64,000 nt of DNA from Candidatus Lustribacter sp. (GCA_965277805.1 OZ255842.1:768001-832000), one strand, 5' to 3'. Shown: positions 17,999 through 28,927, counted from the stretch's first letter. The notes: generated by a model not told the origin, from the letters alone. Program-made: numbers and translations.

Positions 17999-19009
17999 TT
18001 AGGCGCTCGGCTTCCAGCGCTCGGCGTCGAGCTGGGCGCTTGCCGCACGCAATGGCCGGAAGTCGTAGATCTTGTCGAGCGGCGGGACCTGGTCTTTCGG
18101 CACGTTGTTGAGTGACGTGCGGAGCTCGACGTCGGAACGGATCAAGTCGTCCGAAACAGCGAGATCCGGAGACAACGATTTCAGCATGTTATCGTAGTCG
18201 ATGGACTGCGCGTGCGCATCGGGCGGCGTCTTTTGGTATTTCGCCGTAAAGGCGATCGACTGCGCTTTGAAGGCCCGGAAGTAGCGCGCACCTTTGACGA
18301 GGGCCCGCAACAAACTCCTGAGGACATCCGGGCTGCCGGTGAGGAACTTGCCGGTGACGACCATCCCGTTATACGGCATGTACACTTTGCGGTAGTAGTC
18401 GAAAACGACGTGCGCGTTCTTGAACTGGCCCGAATCCCGCATGCGGTCGCTGTCGGTGGAATCGAGGACCACTGCGGGCAGCGCGTTCGAAACGAGCGCG
18501 GCGGCAATCGTATTGCTGAACCCGAGCGGCGAGTAGCCGACCGAGTCCGGCGGAACGCCGGCGTTCTGCAGCGCGAGTCGCGTGGCGATCTCGAATGTGT
18601 CGCCGCGGGTGGCGATCCCGACCGACTTGCCCTTGAGGTCGCTGAGCCGGCGAATCTCAGGGTTCGCCCACAGCTGGTAGTTCGGCGTGTCTTGGAAGAC
18701 GAGGACGATGCGCAGGTCGGCGCCGCGCAGAATCGCCGACAACGCCGAAGCACTGGACGCGCTCGCATCGACGGTTCCGGAAAGCAGCGCGGGCGTGGCG
18801 GTTCCACCGCCGGCGTACACGAACTCGACGTCGAGCCCCTCGGCAGCAAAATAGCCCTTTTCTTGCGCGATGAAGTATGCGGCCTCGTTCGACTCCGTTG
18901 CCGGCAAGGTGAGCTTGAGTTTCGTCGCCGCGCGCGAAGGCTGCGCGATCATCACGGATGCGGACGCCGCAGCCATCGCCGCGAGTACGTGCCGGCGGGA
19001 GAACATCAC
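17999..19009 (-). CDS. ABC substrate-binding protein (NMT1/SsuA-like), Tat leader
   Basis: SRRHVL leader; AQEKGYFAAEGLDVE; DLKGKSVG. Confidence 0.87.
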   Translation of the reverse strand: MMFSRRHVLAAMAAASASVMIAQPSRAATKLKLTLPATESNEAAYFIAQEKGYFAAEGLDVEFVYAGGGTATPALLSGTVDASASSASALSAILRGADLRIVLVFQDTPNYQLWANPEIRRLSDLKGKSVGIATRGDTFEIATRLALQNAGVPPDSVGYSPLGFSNTIAAALVSNALPAVVLDSTDSDRMRDSGQFKNAHVVFDYYRKVYMPYNGMVVTGKFLTGSPDVLRSLLRALVKGARYFRAFKAQSIAFTAKYQKTPPDAHAQSIDYDNMLKSLSPDLAVSDDLIRSDVELRTSLNNVPKDQVPPLDKIYDFRPLRAASAQLDAERWKPSA

Positions 19010-20374
19010 TCAGGACCTCCAGATCTCGGGAACGGCGCTGCGTTCGGGATGCAGGACGAAAGAATTTCGAGGGCGCGCGAGCCCGAGGTGGTCCCGCAGC
19101 ATCGGGCCGGCATACTCGGTGCGGAATAGGTTGCGCTTCTGCAGAATCGGGACGACGTGCTCGGTAAAGAGCTCAAACCCTCCCGGCAGATACGCGCCCG
19201 AGATCACGAAGCCGTCAACCGCGCGGTTGATGAACCAGGTCTCCAGCGTGTCCGCAGCCTGCTCGGGCGTCCCAACGACGGAAATGCCTAAGCTTTCGTT
19301 CGCGATCTTGACGGCCAGCTGGCGAATCGTTAGACCGTCACGACGCGCTAATGCGAGAAGCTGTGCCTGAGTGGTCTTGATGCGATCGGTCTCGGGCAGG
19401 TCGGGCAGCGGTCCGTCGAGGTCGTAGGGCGAGAGATCGAAGCCGCCGATCCAAAACTCGAGTGCGCGCACGGCATCTGCGGGGTTGATGAGTTCGTCGA
19501 GCGCATCGGCTTTGCGTCGCGCTTCCGCCTCGGTCGAGCCGATAAGAAATCGAGCGGAGTTTAGGATCTTGATGTCGTCCGCGCGCCGGCCCCAGCCGGC
19601 GACTTGTTCTTTGATCTGCTGGTAGAAGAGTTGCGCGCCTTCGTATGACTTCGTCATCGTGAAAAGACAGTCGGCGTAGCGGGTCGCAAAGTTTCTGCCG
19701 GCATCCGATGCGCCGGCCTGAACGAGGATCGGATGCCCTTGCGGGCACCGTGCCATGTCGATCGGACCGGCCGCGTTGTAGTATTCGCCTTTGAAACCGA
19801 TCCCGTGGACTCTTTCCGGATCGATGTAGCGGCCCGTCGCCTTATCCGCCACGGTAGCCGCGTCTTCAATGCCGTCCCAGAGACCGATGGCGAGATTGAG
19901 AAATTCCTCAACTCGAACGTAGCGCTCGTCGTGCGCGTAGTTCTTGTCCATACCGAAGTTATGTGCTTCGTGTGGATAGGATGAGGTGACGATGTTCCAA
20001 CCCGCTCGGCCGTTACTGATGTGGTCGAGGGACGCAAACTGCCGTGCCAGCGTGTAGGGCTGGTTGAGGATGCTGGCCGTTGCGACGAGACCCAAGCGTT
20101 CTGTCGTAGCCGCCAGCGCAGACAGCAAGGTGATCGGCTCGAGGCGCGTAGCGCCGGCTCGGCTAAATGCGTCCTGCCCGCGCGTCGGGCGAAACCCCAA
20201 AGAGTCCGCGAAAAAGACCGCGTCGAACTTTGCCGCTTCGCACGCCGATGCCAGTCGCTTGTAGAGGCTGAAGTCTCGGTGGGCTGCGGCTTCCGGCAGG
20301 CGCCATCCAACCTGGTGCGATCCCTGGCGGATCTGCCCAAATAGATGCATTTGGCGCGCGGCCGTTTCGCTCAT
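19010..20374 (-). CDS. NtaA/DmoA-family FMN-dependent (LLM class) monooxygenase
   Basis: FDAVFFAD, ARQFASLDHISNGRAGWNIVTS, PQGHPILVQAGAS, FRTEYAGPMLRDHLGL. Confidence 0.92.
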   Translation of the reverse strand: MSETAARQMHLFGQIRQGSHQVGWRLPEAAAHRDFSLYKRLASACEAAKFDAVFFADSLGFRPTRGQDAFSRAGATRLEPITLLSALAATTERLGLVATASILNQPYTLARQFASLDHISNGRAGWNIVTSSYPHEAHNFGMDKNYAHDERYVRVEEFLNLAIGLWDGIEDAATVADKATGRYIDPERVHGIGFKGEYYNAAGPIDMARCPQGHPILVQAGASDAGRNFATRYADCLFTMTKSYEGAQLFYQQIKEQVAGWGRRADDIKILNSARFLIGSTEAEARRKADALDELINPADAVRALEFWIGGFDLSPYDLDGPLPDLPETDRIKTTQAQLLALARRDGLTIRQLAVKIANESLGISVVGTPEQAADTLETWFINRAVDGFVISGAYLPGGFELFTEHVVPILQKRNLFRTEYAGPMLRDHLGLARPRNSFVLHPERSAVPEIWRS

Positions 20375-20434
20375 CGCGGTGTCGTACACGCTGCCGACAC
20401 GCGATTCCTCGGCAGCGCAAGGTGCTTGAACCGA

Positions 20435-21421
20435 ATGATTGAAGGCCCGCACGTGATCGATCGCGGGAGTTTTCTAAAAATCGCAGCGGCTGCGCCGCTC
20501 GCAACGTCCGCCGTCAATGCGCCGGCATCGGCGCAAGCGCTGCAGGCATTGCAAGTGCTCACGGTGCCGACCGACGCGGCGAAACAGGTCTTATACGCGC
20601 AGCAAGCGGGGCTGTTTCGCAAGCGCGGCTTCAACGTCGATATCGGCATGCTTGCGAATGGGGCCGCGACGTTCTCCGCCGTCGTAGGCGGTTCGGCCGA
20701 TTTCGCAGCCGGCAGTCTCTTTCCGGTCTTCCAAGCGTACGCGCGCGGGCTCCCGATCCGCATCGTTGCACCGATCTCGATGTACGATACGAATCGGGCC
20801 GACATGTGGCTCGTCGTGCGCAAAGACTCGCCGATCCAAACGGCGCGCGATCTCAATGGCAAGGTCATGGCCGGTGACGCGCCCGACGATATCGGCACGG
20901 TCTCGGTGCGCGCCTGGGTCGACCAGCACGGCGGCGACGGCAACTCCTTGCGCATGACCGAACTCTCGCCGCGCGAGCAGCTCGCAGCGATCGATCAAGG
21001 CCGCATCGACACGGCTGGACTGCGGCCGCCCTATCTCACCGCGGCAATGCAGTCGCAGCGCTTCCGGGTGATCGGGAAACCGCTCGACGCGGTTGCGCCG
21101 CGCTTTCTGTTCTCGTGCTGGATTGCGACGACCGACTACATCGCGAAGAACCCGCAAACGGTAAAGGCGTTCGTTGATTCGTTAACCGAAGCCGGGCACT
21201 ACACAAACGCCCATCAAGCCGAAACGGTCGCGATGGTTTCCAAGTTTTCCGGTCAGAACCCGGCTACGGTGGCTGCCGGCGTCCGCACGATCATCGGTGA
21301 GGAGATCACTGCGACCGACGTTCAAAAACCGCTGGATTTTGCCTACAAACACGGAGTGGTCGACAAGCACTACGATGCCGGTGCGATGCTCTCGCAATTC
21401 TTCCCCGTGCTCAAGGGGTAG
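20435..21421 (+). CDS. ABC substrate-binding protein (SsuA/NMT1-like)
   Basis: DRGSFLK leader; GLFRKRGFNV; DSPIQTARDLNGK. Confidence 0.85.
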   Translation: MIEGPHVIDRGSFLKIAAAAPLATSAVNAPASAQALQALQVLTVPTDAAKQVLYAQQAGLFRKRGFNVDIGMLANGAATFSAVVGGSADFAAGSLFPVFQAYARGLPIRIVAPISMYDTNRADMWLVVRKDSPIQTARDLNGKVMAGDAPDDIGTVSVRAWVDQHGGDGNSLRMTELSPREQLAAIDQGRIDTAGLRPPYLTAAMQSQRFRVIGKPLDAVAPRFLFSCWIATTDYIAKNPQTVKAFVDSLTEAGHYTNAHQAETVAMVSKFSGQNPATVAAGVRTIIGEEITATDVQKPLDFAYKHGVVDKHYDAGAMLSQFFPVLKG

Positions 21422-22379
21422 TGTTCATGAGTCCGATCATCTCCTTCGCGGTGACGGCACGTGGAAGGGCGCCGTATTTATACGCAAGGCTTAGCTGCGT
21501 CGTCAGGTCGGCGGGATCCAGCGACGTCGCGAATTCAATCAGTGCGTTCTTGTTGAACGTCTGAACGTCGACTTTGGCATACTTCGCGAGGATAACCATC
21601 GCCTTGTCGTGATTTGCATTCGCCCAGCGCCCGGCCTGATAGATGGCGTTGGAAAATCGCCGGACGAGATCCGGGTTCTTTTCGGCGAACGCCGCATTGG
21701 TAAACCACGCAGAGCTCAGATAGCGGGGTGCAATCGCTAAGGAGGTGCTGGCTAATTCGCGCACGTGATACGTGGCCTTCGCTTGACTGAGCGAGGGATC
21801 CGTCAGCACGGCGGCGGCGACCGTCCCGCGCGCGAGCGCCGCACCCATCTCCGGAAACGTCAATTCGATGAAGCGAATCTTCGAGAGGTCCGCGTGGCCC
21901 TTGTCTAGCCAGGCCTCCGCGCCGACCTGCGAGATCGTCTTGAGACCGATGACGCCGATCGTGTGTCCCTCCAGATCCTTCGCGACCTGCACACTTGAAT
22001 CGCCGGCAACGCAGAGCGTCGTGGCCGGCGTCGCCGGACTGGTCACGCCCCCGGCGGCCACGATTCGAAACGGTATTCCGTGCGCGATGCCCTGCGCGAT
22101 CGTCAACGCCGATGAGACGCCGAAGTCGCCGGACCCCGATGCGACGACCTCAGCGATGGCCGGTGCGCTTGCAACCGTCGTCAATTCGACGTTCAATCCG
22201 TTCGCCGTAAAGAAACCGTTGTCTTGGGCATAATACGCTTCGGCGTACGCATCGGCCAAGGAGGCCGAGACACGCACCGTCGGGAGTGTCTGTGCGGCGG
22301 AGGGAATCGCGCTAGCGAAGCACGTTGCGGCCAGAATACCGGCGATGATCGCTTTCGCACTTGATCTCAGTATATCCAC
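21411..22379 (-). CDS. ABC substrate-binding protein (SsuA/NMT1-like)
   Basis: Signal peptide; YAQDNGFFTANGLNVE; AKDLEGH. Confidence 0.85.
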   Translation of the reverse strand: MDILRSSAKAIIAGILAATCFASAIPSAAQTLPTVRVSASLADAYAEAYYAQDNGFFTANGLNVELTTVASAPAIAEVVASGSGDFGVSSALTIAQGIAHGIPFRIVAAGGVTSPATPATTLCVAGDSSVQVAKDLEGHTIGVIGLKTISQVGAEAWLDKGHADLSKIRFIELTFPEMGAALARGTVAAAVLTDPSLSQAKATYHVRELASTSLAIAPRYLSSAWFTNAAFAEKNPDLVRRFSNAIYQAGRWANANHDKAMVILAKYAKVDVQTFNKNALIEFATSLDPADLTTQLSLAYKYGALPRAVTAKEMIGLMNTTP

Positions 22380-22477
22380 GATGTCTGCTTTCGTGTCCGA
22401 GCGAAGCTGGTCAAGGATCGCTTGTGACGTGCCCCGTAAACCGTCCTCCTAAAACGTACCAGCGGAGGATGCATCCG

Positions 22478-23566
22478 ATGAAGATTGCACGTTTGCGCAC
22501 GACGCCCATTGAGATGCCGTTCGATCCGCCGGTAGGCATCGCGGGATTTCGGACTGCCGGCCTCGTGCTGGTGTTTCTCGAGTCGGACGAAGGCATCGCC
22601 GGCGAGGGTCTCGTTCTCTCGTTCAATGCAAATCGGTTATCACTAATCAATGAGCTGGTGCGGAGTCTTGAGCCGCTCGTCGTCGGCCTCGAGCTGAGCG
22701 CGAGCGGCGTGGCCAAGACGCGGCTTTGGGACAGCATGCGTGCGTTCGGCTACGGCGGCATCTCGGTATTAGCCGTCGCGGCAGTCGAGTCTGCGCTCTG
22801 GGACCTGCGTGGGAAGAGTCTCGGCCTCAACGTCGCCCACTTGGCCGGCGCGTATCACACCGCGTTGCCCGTCTATCACAGTGCGGGTCTTTGGGTCTCG
22901 GCAACGATCGATGAGCTCCAGCGAACCGCACAGCAGCATCTCGACGCCGGTTTTCGTGCGATGAAGATGCGGCTCGTCTGCGATGCGCGCAATCCCGCGC
23001 AGGACGTTGGGCGCGTTCGTGCCGTACGCGAGGTCGTCGGACCGAACGTCGCCCTCATGGCCGATGCGAACCAAAAGATGGTCTTACCGCAGGCGTTGCG
23101 GTTGGGGCGACTCCTCGAGGAGTTCAATCTCGACTGGCTCGAGGAGCCGGTTGCGGCGCACGATCACGTCGCAGAAGCGGAGATCGTTGCGGCCTTGGAC
23201 ACGCCGATCGCGTGTGGCGAATCGCTCTACACCAGTAGAGAAGTGATGGAAGTCATGCGCCTGCGTTCGGTGGACGTGCTGATGCCGGATCTGCTGCGCA
23301 TGGGCGGACCATCGGAGTTCCTCAAGGCGGCGCAGCTCGCCGATGCCTTCAGCATTCCGGTCTCTTCTCACACTTATCCGGAGATGAGCCTCGCGCTCTT
23401 GGCTGCTTCGCCGAACGCGAACTTCCTCGAGTACATGGACTGGATCTCGCCGATCTACACCGAGCAGATCGAGCTCGACGCAGAGGGCCGTGCGATCGTC
23501 CCCGATCGGCCGGGCTGGGGCTTCAACTTCAATCCCGCGGTCGTTCAACGCTGGTCGTTGAGCTGA
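22478..23566 (+). CDS. Mandelate racemase/muconate lactonizing enzyme family enolase
   Basis: ALWDLRGK, KMR, DANQ, WLEEP, GES, SSH, PGWG; GGAGG RBS. Confidence 0.9.
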   Translation: MKIARLRTTPIEMPFDPPVGIAGFRTAGLVLVFLESDEGIAGEGLVLSFNANRLSLINELVRSLEPLVVGLELSASGVAKTRLWDSMRAFGYGGISVLAVAAVESALWDLRGKSLGLNVAHLAGAYHTALPVYHSAGLWVSATIDELQRTAQQHLDAGFRAMKMRLVCDARNPAQDVGRVRAVREVVGPNVALMADANQKMVLPQALRLGRLLEEFNLDWLEEPVAAHDHVAEAEIVAALDTPIACGESLYTSREVMEVMRLRSVDVLMPDLLRMGGPSEFLKAAQLADAFSIPVSSHTYPEMSLALLAASPNANFLEYMDWISPIYTEQIELDAEGRAIVPDRPGWGFNFNPAVVQRWSLS

Positions 23567-24405
23567 GGATAGAGTCTTAGCGCCGTTCGCGAGAAGATCG
23601 CCGTCTTTTGCGCGTCCGGTAAAAACGCTAGCTCCTGCAGCGCGAAGTCGCGGAGCTCGACGAGCGTGCCGGGCGATTGCGGAAAATTCGAGCCCCAAGC
23701 GATGCGATCGGCCCCGAACGCGCTTATTGTGGCCTCCATAAATGTCCGAATCGTGGACTTGTTTTGCTGCATCGTGCGCAGATTGCTTTCGGTCAACTTC
23801 AGGTAGAGATTGGGATACGCGGAGAGGGCGAAGAATTCGCGTGCCGCCGCATAAGGCGGGCCGTCATCGGAGGGCGGCTGCGCGAAGTGATCGAGAATGA
23901 CGGTGACGTCGGGGAAGCGCTCGAGCAACGTGCGTAGCAGGGGCAAGCGGTTGAACCGGGTTTGAATGCATACCGGAACGCCGAGCTCCTGCGCTCTGAC
24001 CCAGGCTGGGTAGGTGTGCGGATCGGCTAGCCAGCCACCGGAATCTTCGGATAGCAGCAGGCCCGCTGCAAAGATCCGGAAGCCGGCCATCCCGCGCTGC
24101 CGCACCCAATATGCGAGCCGCTCGGCGGCGTCGGCCGCTTGGACGTCGATCGCACCGACGAAGCAAAGGCGATCGGGATGAGCCGCGGCCACATCGGCGG
24201 CATACGAGTTGTCGTACCCGTATGCGGTCGATGCGTGGACGACGACCGCCCGCCCGATCTCGGCTTTGTCCATCCAATCGAGCAGCTGTTCACCGTCGAC
24301 CGGACGTTCGCGCGTCCACACCGACTGGGTGCCGCCCAAAGGGCTGAACGGATATGCAACGGGGTCTTTCGAGATGGCGTGCGCATGGATGTCGATGATG
24401 GTCAC
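23545..24405 (-). CDS. Amidohydrolase_2 family protein (lactonase-like)
   Basis: IDIHAH, ILDHFA, FGADRIAWGSNFP. Confidence 0.87.
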   Translation of the reverse strand: MTIIDIHAHAISKDPVAYPFSPLGGTQSVWTRERPVDGEQLLDWMDKAEIGRAVVVHASTAYGYDNSYAADVAAAHPDRLCFVGAIDVQAADAAERLAYWVRQRGMAGFRIFAAGLLLSEDSGGWLADPHTYPAWVRAQELGVPVCIQTRFNRLPLLRTLLERFPDVTVILDHFAQPPSDDGPPYAAAREFFALSAYPNLYLKLTESNLRTMQQNKSTIRTFMEATISAFGADRIAWGSNFPQSPGTLVELRDFALQELAFLPDAQKTAIFSRTALRLYPQLNDQR

Positions 24406-25355
24406 GCGAGAAACATCTCATGAGCGGGGAATGCCCGCGGGATGTTCTTGTATTTTGCTGCGATGTCGATCAATGGCTGGACGAGCGCGGGGTCGGCGGT
24501 ATCAGGCGTAGCCACTTCGACGCGGACCATTTTGCGAAAGACGTCGATCGGAATTTGCGTTACGCCCGACATCATCGCGACGGTATCGGCGTGGTGCGTG
24601 TTCGTGTAGGCACCAGCCGCCAGAGTGACGCGCACCCAACGTTTGACCACATCGAGATTCTTCGCTACCCAATCGCTGTTGGAAAAGTAATTCGCGATCA
24701 CGAAACGGTCGGCGATCGCGCTAAAGCCTTCGGCCAGCACCCGCACCGTGCCGTCGGTGATAGCGTCGCTCACTTGCGGTTGGACCATCGCCGCGACATC
24801 GACGCGGTGATCATGGAGCGCTTGTGCGGTTGCGGAATTGGGCAGCTCGACATACTTGAGCGTCTTCGAATCACCGCCGTTTTTGTCGACCCAGGCCATG
24901 ATCGAGAGCGAGTTCATATCGTTGAGGCCCGGTGACGCGGCGATCTTTCCGTTGAGGTCGGCCGCGGTCTTGATCGGCGAGTCGGCCGCCACGACGGTGA
25001 GGTTGAACGGATTTTTCGGATCCCACATCGAGGCGTTGGCGATGACGGTGAGCGGCAACCCGCGCAAGTGCGCAAGCATGGAGGCGATCGGGCTGCCTTT
25101 ACCGATTTCGTAGGCGCCTGCAATTACTGCGGTTGTCGCCGCCGAGCCGCTCGAGACCGGTACGATCTCGACGTCGAGGCCCGCTTTGCGGTACATACCG
25201 CTCTTGACGGCCCAGTAGATCGGCGTCATGTCGTCGGTCGCTACGCCGGCCACGCGGATGTGCGGAATCGTTTGCGCTTTTAATGCCAGGGGAGCGCATG
25301 CAAGTGCTGCTGCTCCGCTGCCGGCTAGGAACTGCGAACGGTTGAGAAGTTCCAC
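24402..25355 (-). CDS. ABC substrate-binding protein (SsuA/NMT1-like)
   Basis: NRSQFL leader; GMYRKAGLDVE; DSPIKTAADLNGK. Confidence 0.85.
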   Translation of the reverse strand: MELLNRSQFLAGSGAAALACAPLALKAQTIPHIRVAGVATDDMTPIYWAVKSGMYRKAGLDVEIVPVSSGSAATTAVIAGAYEIGKGSPIASMLAHLRGLPLTVIANASMWDPKNPFNLTVVAADSPIKTAADLNGKIAASPGLNDMNSLSIMAWVDKNGGDSKTLKYVELPNSATAQALHDHRVDVAAMVQPQVSDAITDGTVRVLAEGFSAIADRFVIANYFSNSDWVAKNLDVVKRWVRVTLAAGAYTNTHHADTVAMMSGVTQIPIDVFRKMVRVEVATPDTADPALVQPLIDIAAKYKNIPRAFPAHEMFLA

Positions 25356-25442
25356 TGCAACACCTCGGTAGAAATACCGTACGGAAGGCGGTCATGGCAA
25401 TCCTCGGAGAAAGACTAGAACCGGTCAGGCCGTGGAGGAACG

Positions 25443-26699
25443 ATGCTAACCAAAGAAGAGAACGCGCTCCTTACTCAGACCGGTCGCGGAACGCCGATGG
25501 GCGACCTGCTGCGCCGGTACTGGCAGCCCGTTGCGGCGGCTTCCGAAATGGAAGACAAGTGGACGAAACGCGTCCGCATCATGGGTGAGGACCTCGTCCT
25601 CTTCAAAGATCGTACGGGAAAGCTCGGGTTGATCGAGGAGGCGTGCCCGCACCGGCGCGCGTCGTTGGCGTACGGCATTCCGACGCAGGACGGCATCCGT
25701 TGCCCTTACCATGGCTGGAAGTTCGACGGTGGCGGCCACTGTCTCGAGCAGCCGAACGAGCCCGAAGGCAGCAATTTCAAAGACAAGGTTTCGATCGCAG
25801 GCTATCCGGTGCAAGACCTGGCCGGTTTGATTTTTGCGTACCTCGGTCCGCTGCCGGCTCCCCTGATCACGAAGCTCGACGGCTACGTCGCAACGCCCGC
25901 CATTCGCCTGATCGCGAGTGCGGTTGTTCCGTGTAACTGGCTGCAAATTCAAGAGAACTCGGTCGATCCGATTCACAGCGAGTGGCTTCACGGCCACTTC
26001 GCCGAGTTTGTCGAAGAGCAGCGCGGTAATGAGGTGAAGTGGGCGTTTTCGCAACACCATAGAGCGATTGCGTTCGACGAGAAGCCCTACGGCATCATTA
26101 AGCGCCGTCTCAAAGAAGGCCAGTCCGAAGACTGCAGCGACTGGCGCGTCGGCCACCCGATGGTCTTCCCAAACATTCTCGCGGTCGGCAGCGGCGATAA
26201 GACCTGGAAGACGTATGAGTTCCAGATTCGCGTGCCGCAGGACGACACGCATACCATGCACTGGTGGTTCACGGCATTCGTTCCTGCCGCAGGCGTCGAC
26301 GTCGATGCGAAGCTCCTCGCAAAACCGCACTGCTTCGAGGTGCCGCTCGACACCAACGATCACGGGACGGCCGAGTTTCAAGACATCCTCGCGTGGACCA
26401 CGCAAGGCGGCGTCTGCGATCGGCGCGAGGAACACCTCGGCTCGAGCGATCGCGGCGTCACGATGTTTCGCAACATGCTGCGGCGCGAACTGAAGAAGAT
26501 CGAGAATGGCGACGATCCGATGCTCGTCAATCGCGATCCGGCGCTCGATGTTCCGCTGGAGCTTCCGCTCGAGACCGACAAGTCGCATTACTCCGAAGGC
26601 TTCGCAAGCCTGTTGCAGCGTCGCCATTGGCGCTATGCGGGGATCGACGCGGAATTACTCGCGGCGTTCTCGCGCGCGAAGGAAGTCGTGGGCGTATAA
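25443..26699 (+). CDS. Rieske non-heme iron oxygenase, LigXa/phthalate-dioxygenase-like
   Basis: CPHRRASL...CPYHGW Rieske motif; CNWLQIQENSVDPIHSEWLH iron site; GTPMGDLLRRYW. Confidence 0.9.
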   Translation: MLTKEENALLTQTGRGTPMGDLLRRYWQPVAAASEMEDKWTKRVRIMGEDLVLFKDRTGKLGLIEEACPHRRASLAYGIPTQDGIRCPYHGWKFDGGGHCLEQPNEPEGSNFKDKVSIAGYPVQDLAGLIFAYLGPLPAPLITKLDGYVATPAIRLIASAVVPCNWLQIQENSVDPIHSEWLHGHFAEFVEEQRGNEVKWAFSQHHRAIAFDEKPYGIIKRRLKEGQSEDCSDWRVGHPMVFPNILAVGSGDKTWKTYEFQIRVPQDDTHTMHWWFTAFVPAAGVDVDAKLLAKPHCFEVPLDTNDHGTAEFQDILAWTTQGGVCDRREEHLGSSDRGVTMFRNMLRRELKKIENGDDPMLVNRDPALDVPLELPLETDKSHYSEGFASLLQRRHWRYAGIDAELLAAFSRAKEVVGV

Positions 26700-26701
26700 G
26701 C

Positions 26702-27961
26702 GTGCGGCCTCTCCGCATGGGCGTTGCCGGCTTGGGGCAAGGAGCCGGCGGCGTGATGCCGTCGATGGCGGCGATGCCGGAAATCGACCTCATTGCCGGC
26801 GCCGACCTCAACCCAGAGATGCGCAAAGGCTTCGAAGAGCGCTACCCGGGTACGCGCACATACGACTCCGTTGCGGGACTCGCAAAAGATCCCGATGTCG
26901 AAGCGATCTGGGTTTCAACTCCCAATAAGTATCATTGCGAGCACGCGATCGAAGCGATGCGTCACGGGAAGCATGTTGCCGTTGAGAAGCCGATGGCCAT
27001 CGATCTTGCGGAAGCCGATCGGATGTGCGCGGCGGCCGAAAAATACGGCGTGAAGTTGCTGGCGGGGCACACTTCGAGCTACGGACTCGGCGTGCGCGCC
27101 ATGCGGCGCGTGGCGATCGAGGGCGGCCTGGGTGACGTGCGCGCGATCTTCGTGTGGTCCTACACGGATTGGATGCTTCGGCCGCGCACGGCGGACGAAC
27201 TCGTGTTCGAGCAGGGCGGCGGCTTGATTCACCGGCAGGGACCGCATCAGATCGACACGTTGCGCCTCCTGGGCGGGGGCATGTTGCGCAGCGTGCGCGG
27301 CACGACCGGATCGTGGCAGAAAGAACGCCCGATCCCCGGCTTCTACACAGCTTACATGGAGTTCGAAGACGGCACGCCGGCGACGATACTGCACAACGGG
27401 TACGGCTACTTTTTGACGGCGGAATTGTATCCGTGGGCGCCGTCGATGCACCGCTATCAAGAAGACGACCGCATTCGCTTTCGTAAGGGAATTCGGGCCG
27501 GGGCGCGTGACGAAGAAACCGAGAAGGCCGCTTACCGCATCGGCGGCACGCGTGACAAGACGCTGCAGAAGGCTCCGACCGAGATGCCGCCCTGGACGCC
27601 GTACGACATGGGCATGCTGGTGCTCTCGTGCGATCGCGGCGACGTGCGCCACTCGAAGTACGGGCTTTCGATCTACGGCGACGATGGGCCGCGAGAACTC
27701 GACTTGCGCCCATTCGGCCGGACCGAAGCGGATTTCGAGGGCGGCGTAACGCTGCAGGCGCTCGAGGAGCTGCACGGCGCGATCGTGCTCGGCAAGCCGG
27801 TCTATCACAGCGGTGAGTGGGGGCGCGCGACGCTCGAGGCGGCGCTGGCCATCATCACTTCGGCGCGCGACCGGCGCGAAATCATGCTCGAACGTCAGGT
27901 TCCGATGCCGGCATCCTACGATCTCGATTTCCAGCTGGGGGCGGCCGCGTCAGGGCAGTAG
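26702..27961 (+). CDS. Gfo/Idh/MocA oxidoreductase resembling phthalate cis-dihydrodiol dehydrogenase
   Basis: GVAGLG, VEKPMA, YTDWMLRPRTADEL...GGGLIHRQGPHQID. Confidence 0.85.
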   Translation: MRPLRMGVAGLGQGAGGVMPSMAAMPEIDLIAGADLNPEMRKGFEERYPGTRTYDSVAGLAKDPDVEAIWVSTPNKYHCEHAIEAMRHGKHVAVEKPMAIDLAEADRMCAAAEKYGVKLLAGHTSSYGLGVRAMRRVAIEGGLGDVRAIFVWSYTDWMLRPRTADELVFEQGGGLIHRQGPHQIDTLRLLGGGMLRSVRGTTGSWQKERPIPGFYTAYMEFEDGTPATILHNGYGYFLTAELYPWAPSMHRYQEDDRIRFRKGIRAGARDEETEKAAYRIGGTRDKTLQKAPTEMPPWTPYDMGMLVLSCDRGDVRHSKYGLSIYGDDGPRELDLRPFGRTEADFEGGVTLQALEELHGAIVLGKPVYHSGEWGRATLEAALAIITSARDRREIMLERQVPMPASYDLDFQLGAAASGQ

Positions 27962-28918
27962 CAGCTCTTTCGCCGGAAACGAATTGGGAATAACGCCGAA
28001 GTGCGCCGCCTTTTCGATGAGCGGCTGCAAGTCGGCGGCGGTGAGGCGGGTGCCGGCATACGCGCGCTGCGTCATGTGCTCGAACACGCCGGGCTGCATC
28101 GCGCTGAATTGCCCGATGATCGGGGCGGTTTCGTCAGGGTGCGCGTTGGTATATGCTGCGGCTCGTTGCACCACGTCTTGGAACTTGCGAACGAGCGCCG
28201 GATTTTTCGTCGCCCAGTCGCTCGTCGTGAACCAGGCAGAGAAGAGATAGTGTGATGCGATCGCGGCGTAGGCCGTGCCGAGCATTTTCACTTTGCCCGT
28301 TTGCAGAGCGGCGTCGAGAAACGGTTCGGTCACGCTGGCGGCATAAATCCGGTTCTGCTCGATGGCCGCTCCGGCCGCGCCCATCGGCATCTCTACGAAT
28401 TTCAGACTCTTGGGGTCGCCGCCGTTGGCTTCCATCCACGACATAATGGCGACGGTCGATAGGTCGCCGAGCGTTGCCGACCCGACGATCTTGCCGTTGA
28501 GGTCCTTCGCGGTGGCGATGCCGCCGGCCGTACTCACGAGGAGTCCGGCATACGGATTCTGCGGCTGGAAATAGGCGCCCGGCGCAATCACCACGACGGG
28601 AACGCGATGGATGTGCGCGGTGAACAGCGCGAGCAACCCGGCGTGGCCGATGTCGTACGATCCGCCGACGACCGCGGCAGTCACGGCAGCACCGCCGGTA
28701 CCCTTTGCAATTTGCACATCGAGCCCGGCGCGTTCGAACATACCGGAGGCCTTGGCGTAGAGCACCGGCGTGATCGCATCGTCCGGCGAGGCGATGACGG
28801 TTACCGTCGCTAATTTGCTCTGCGCGAACGCGCTGCTGTTTCCCGTAGCTAGTGCAGTTACCGCAGCCAGCGTAAGGATTGCTGCCACGCGTGCGGCGCG
28901 AACGATCGTAACGAGCAT
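27950..28918 (-). CDS. ABC substrate-binding protein (SsuA/NMT1-like)
   Basis: Signal peptide; GMFERAGLDV; AKDLNGK. Confidence 0.85.
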   Translation of the reverse strand: MLVTIVRAARVAAILTLAAVTALATGNSSAFAQSKLATVTVIASPDDAITPVLYAKASGMFERAGLDVQIAKGTGGAAVTAAVVGGSYDIGHAGLLALFTAHIHRVPVVVIAPGAYFQPQNPYAGLLVSTAGGIATAKDLNGKIVGSATLGDLSTVAIMSWMEANGGDPKSLKFVEMPMGAAGAAIEQNRIYAASVTEPFLDAALQTGKVKMLGTAYAAIASHYLFSAWFTTSDWATKNPALVRKFQDVVQRAAAYTNAHPDETAPIIGQFSAMQPGVFEHMTQRAYAGTRLTAADLQPLIEKAAHFGVIPNSFPAKELLLP

Positions 28919-28927
28919 CGGGTCCTC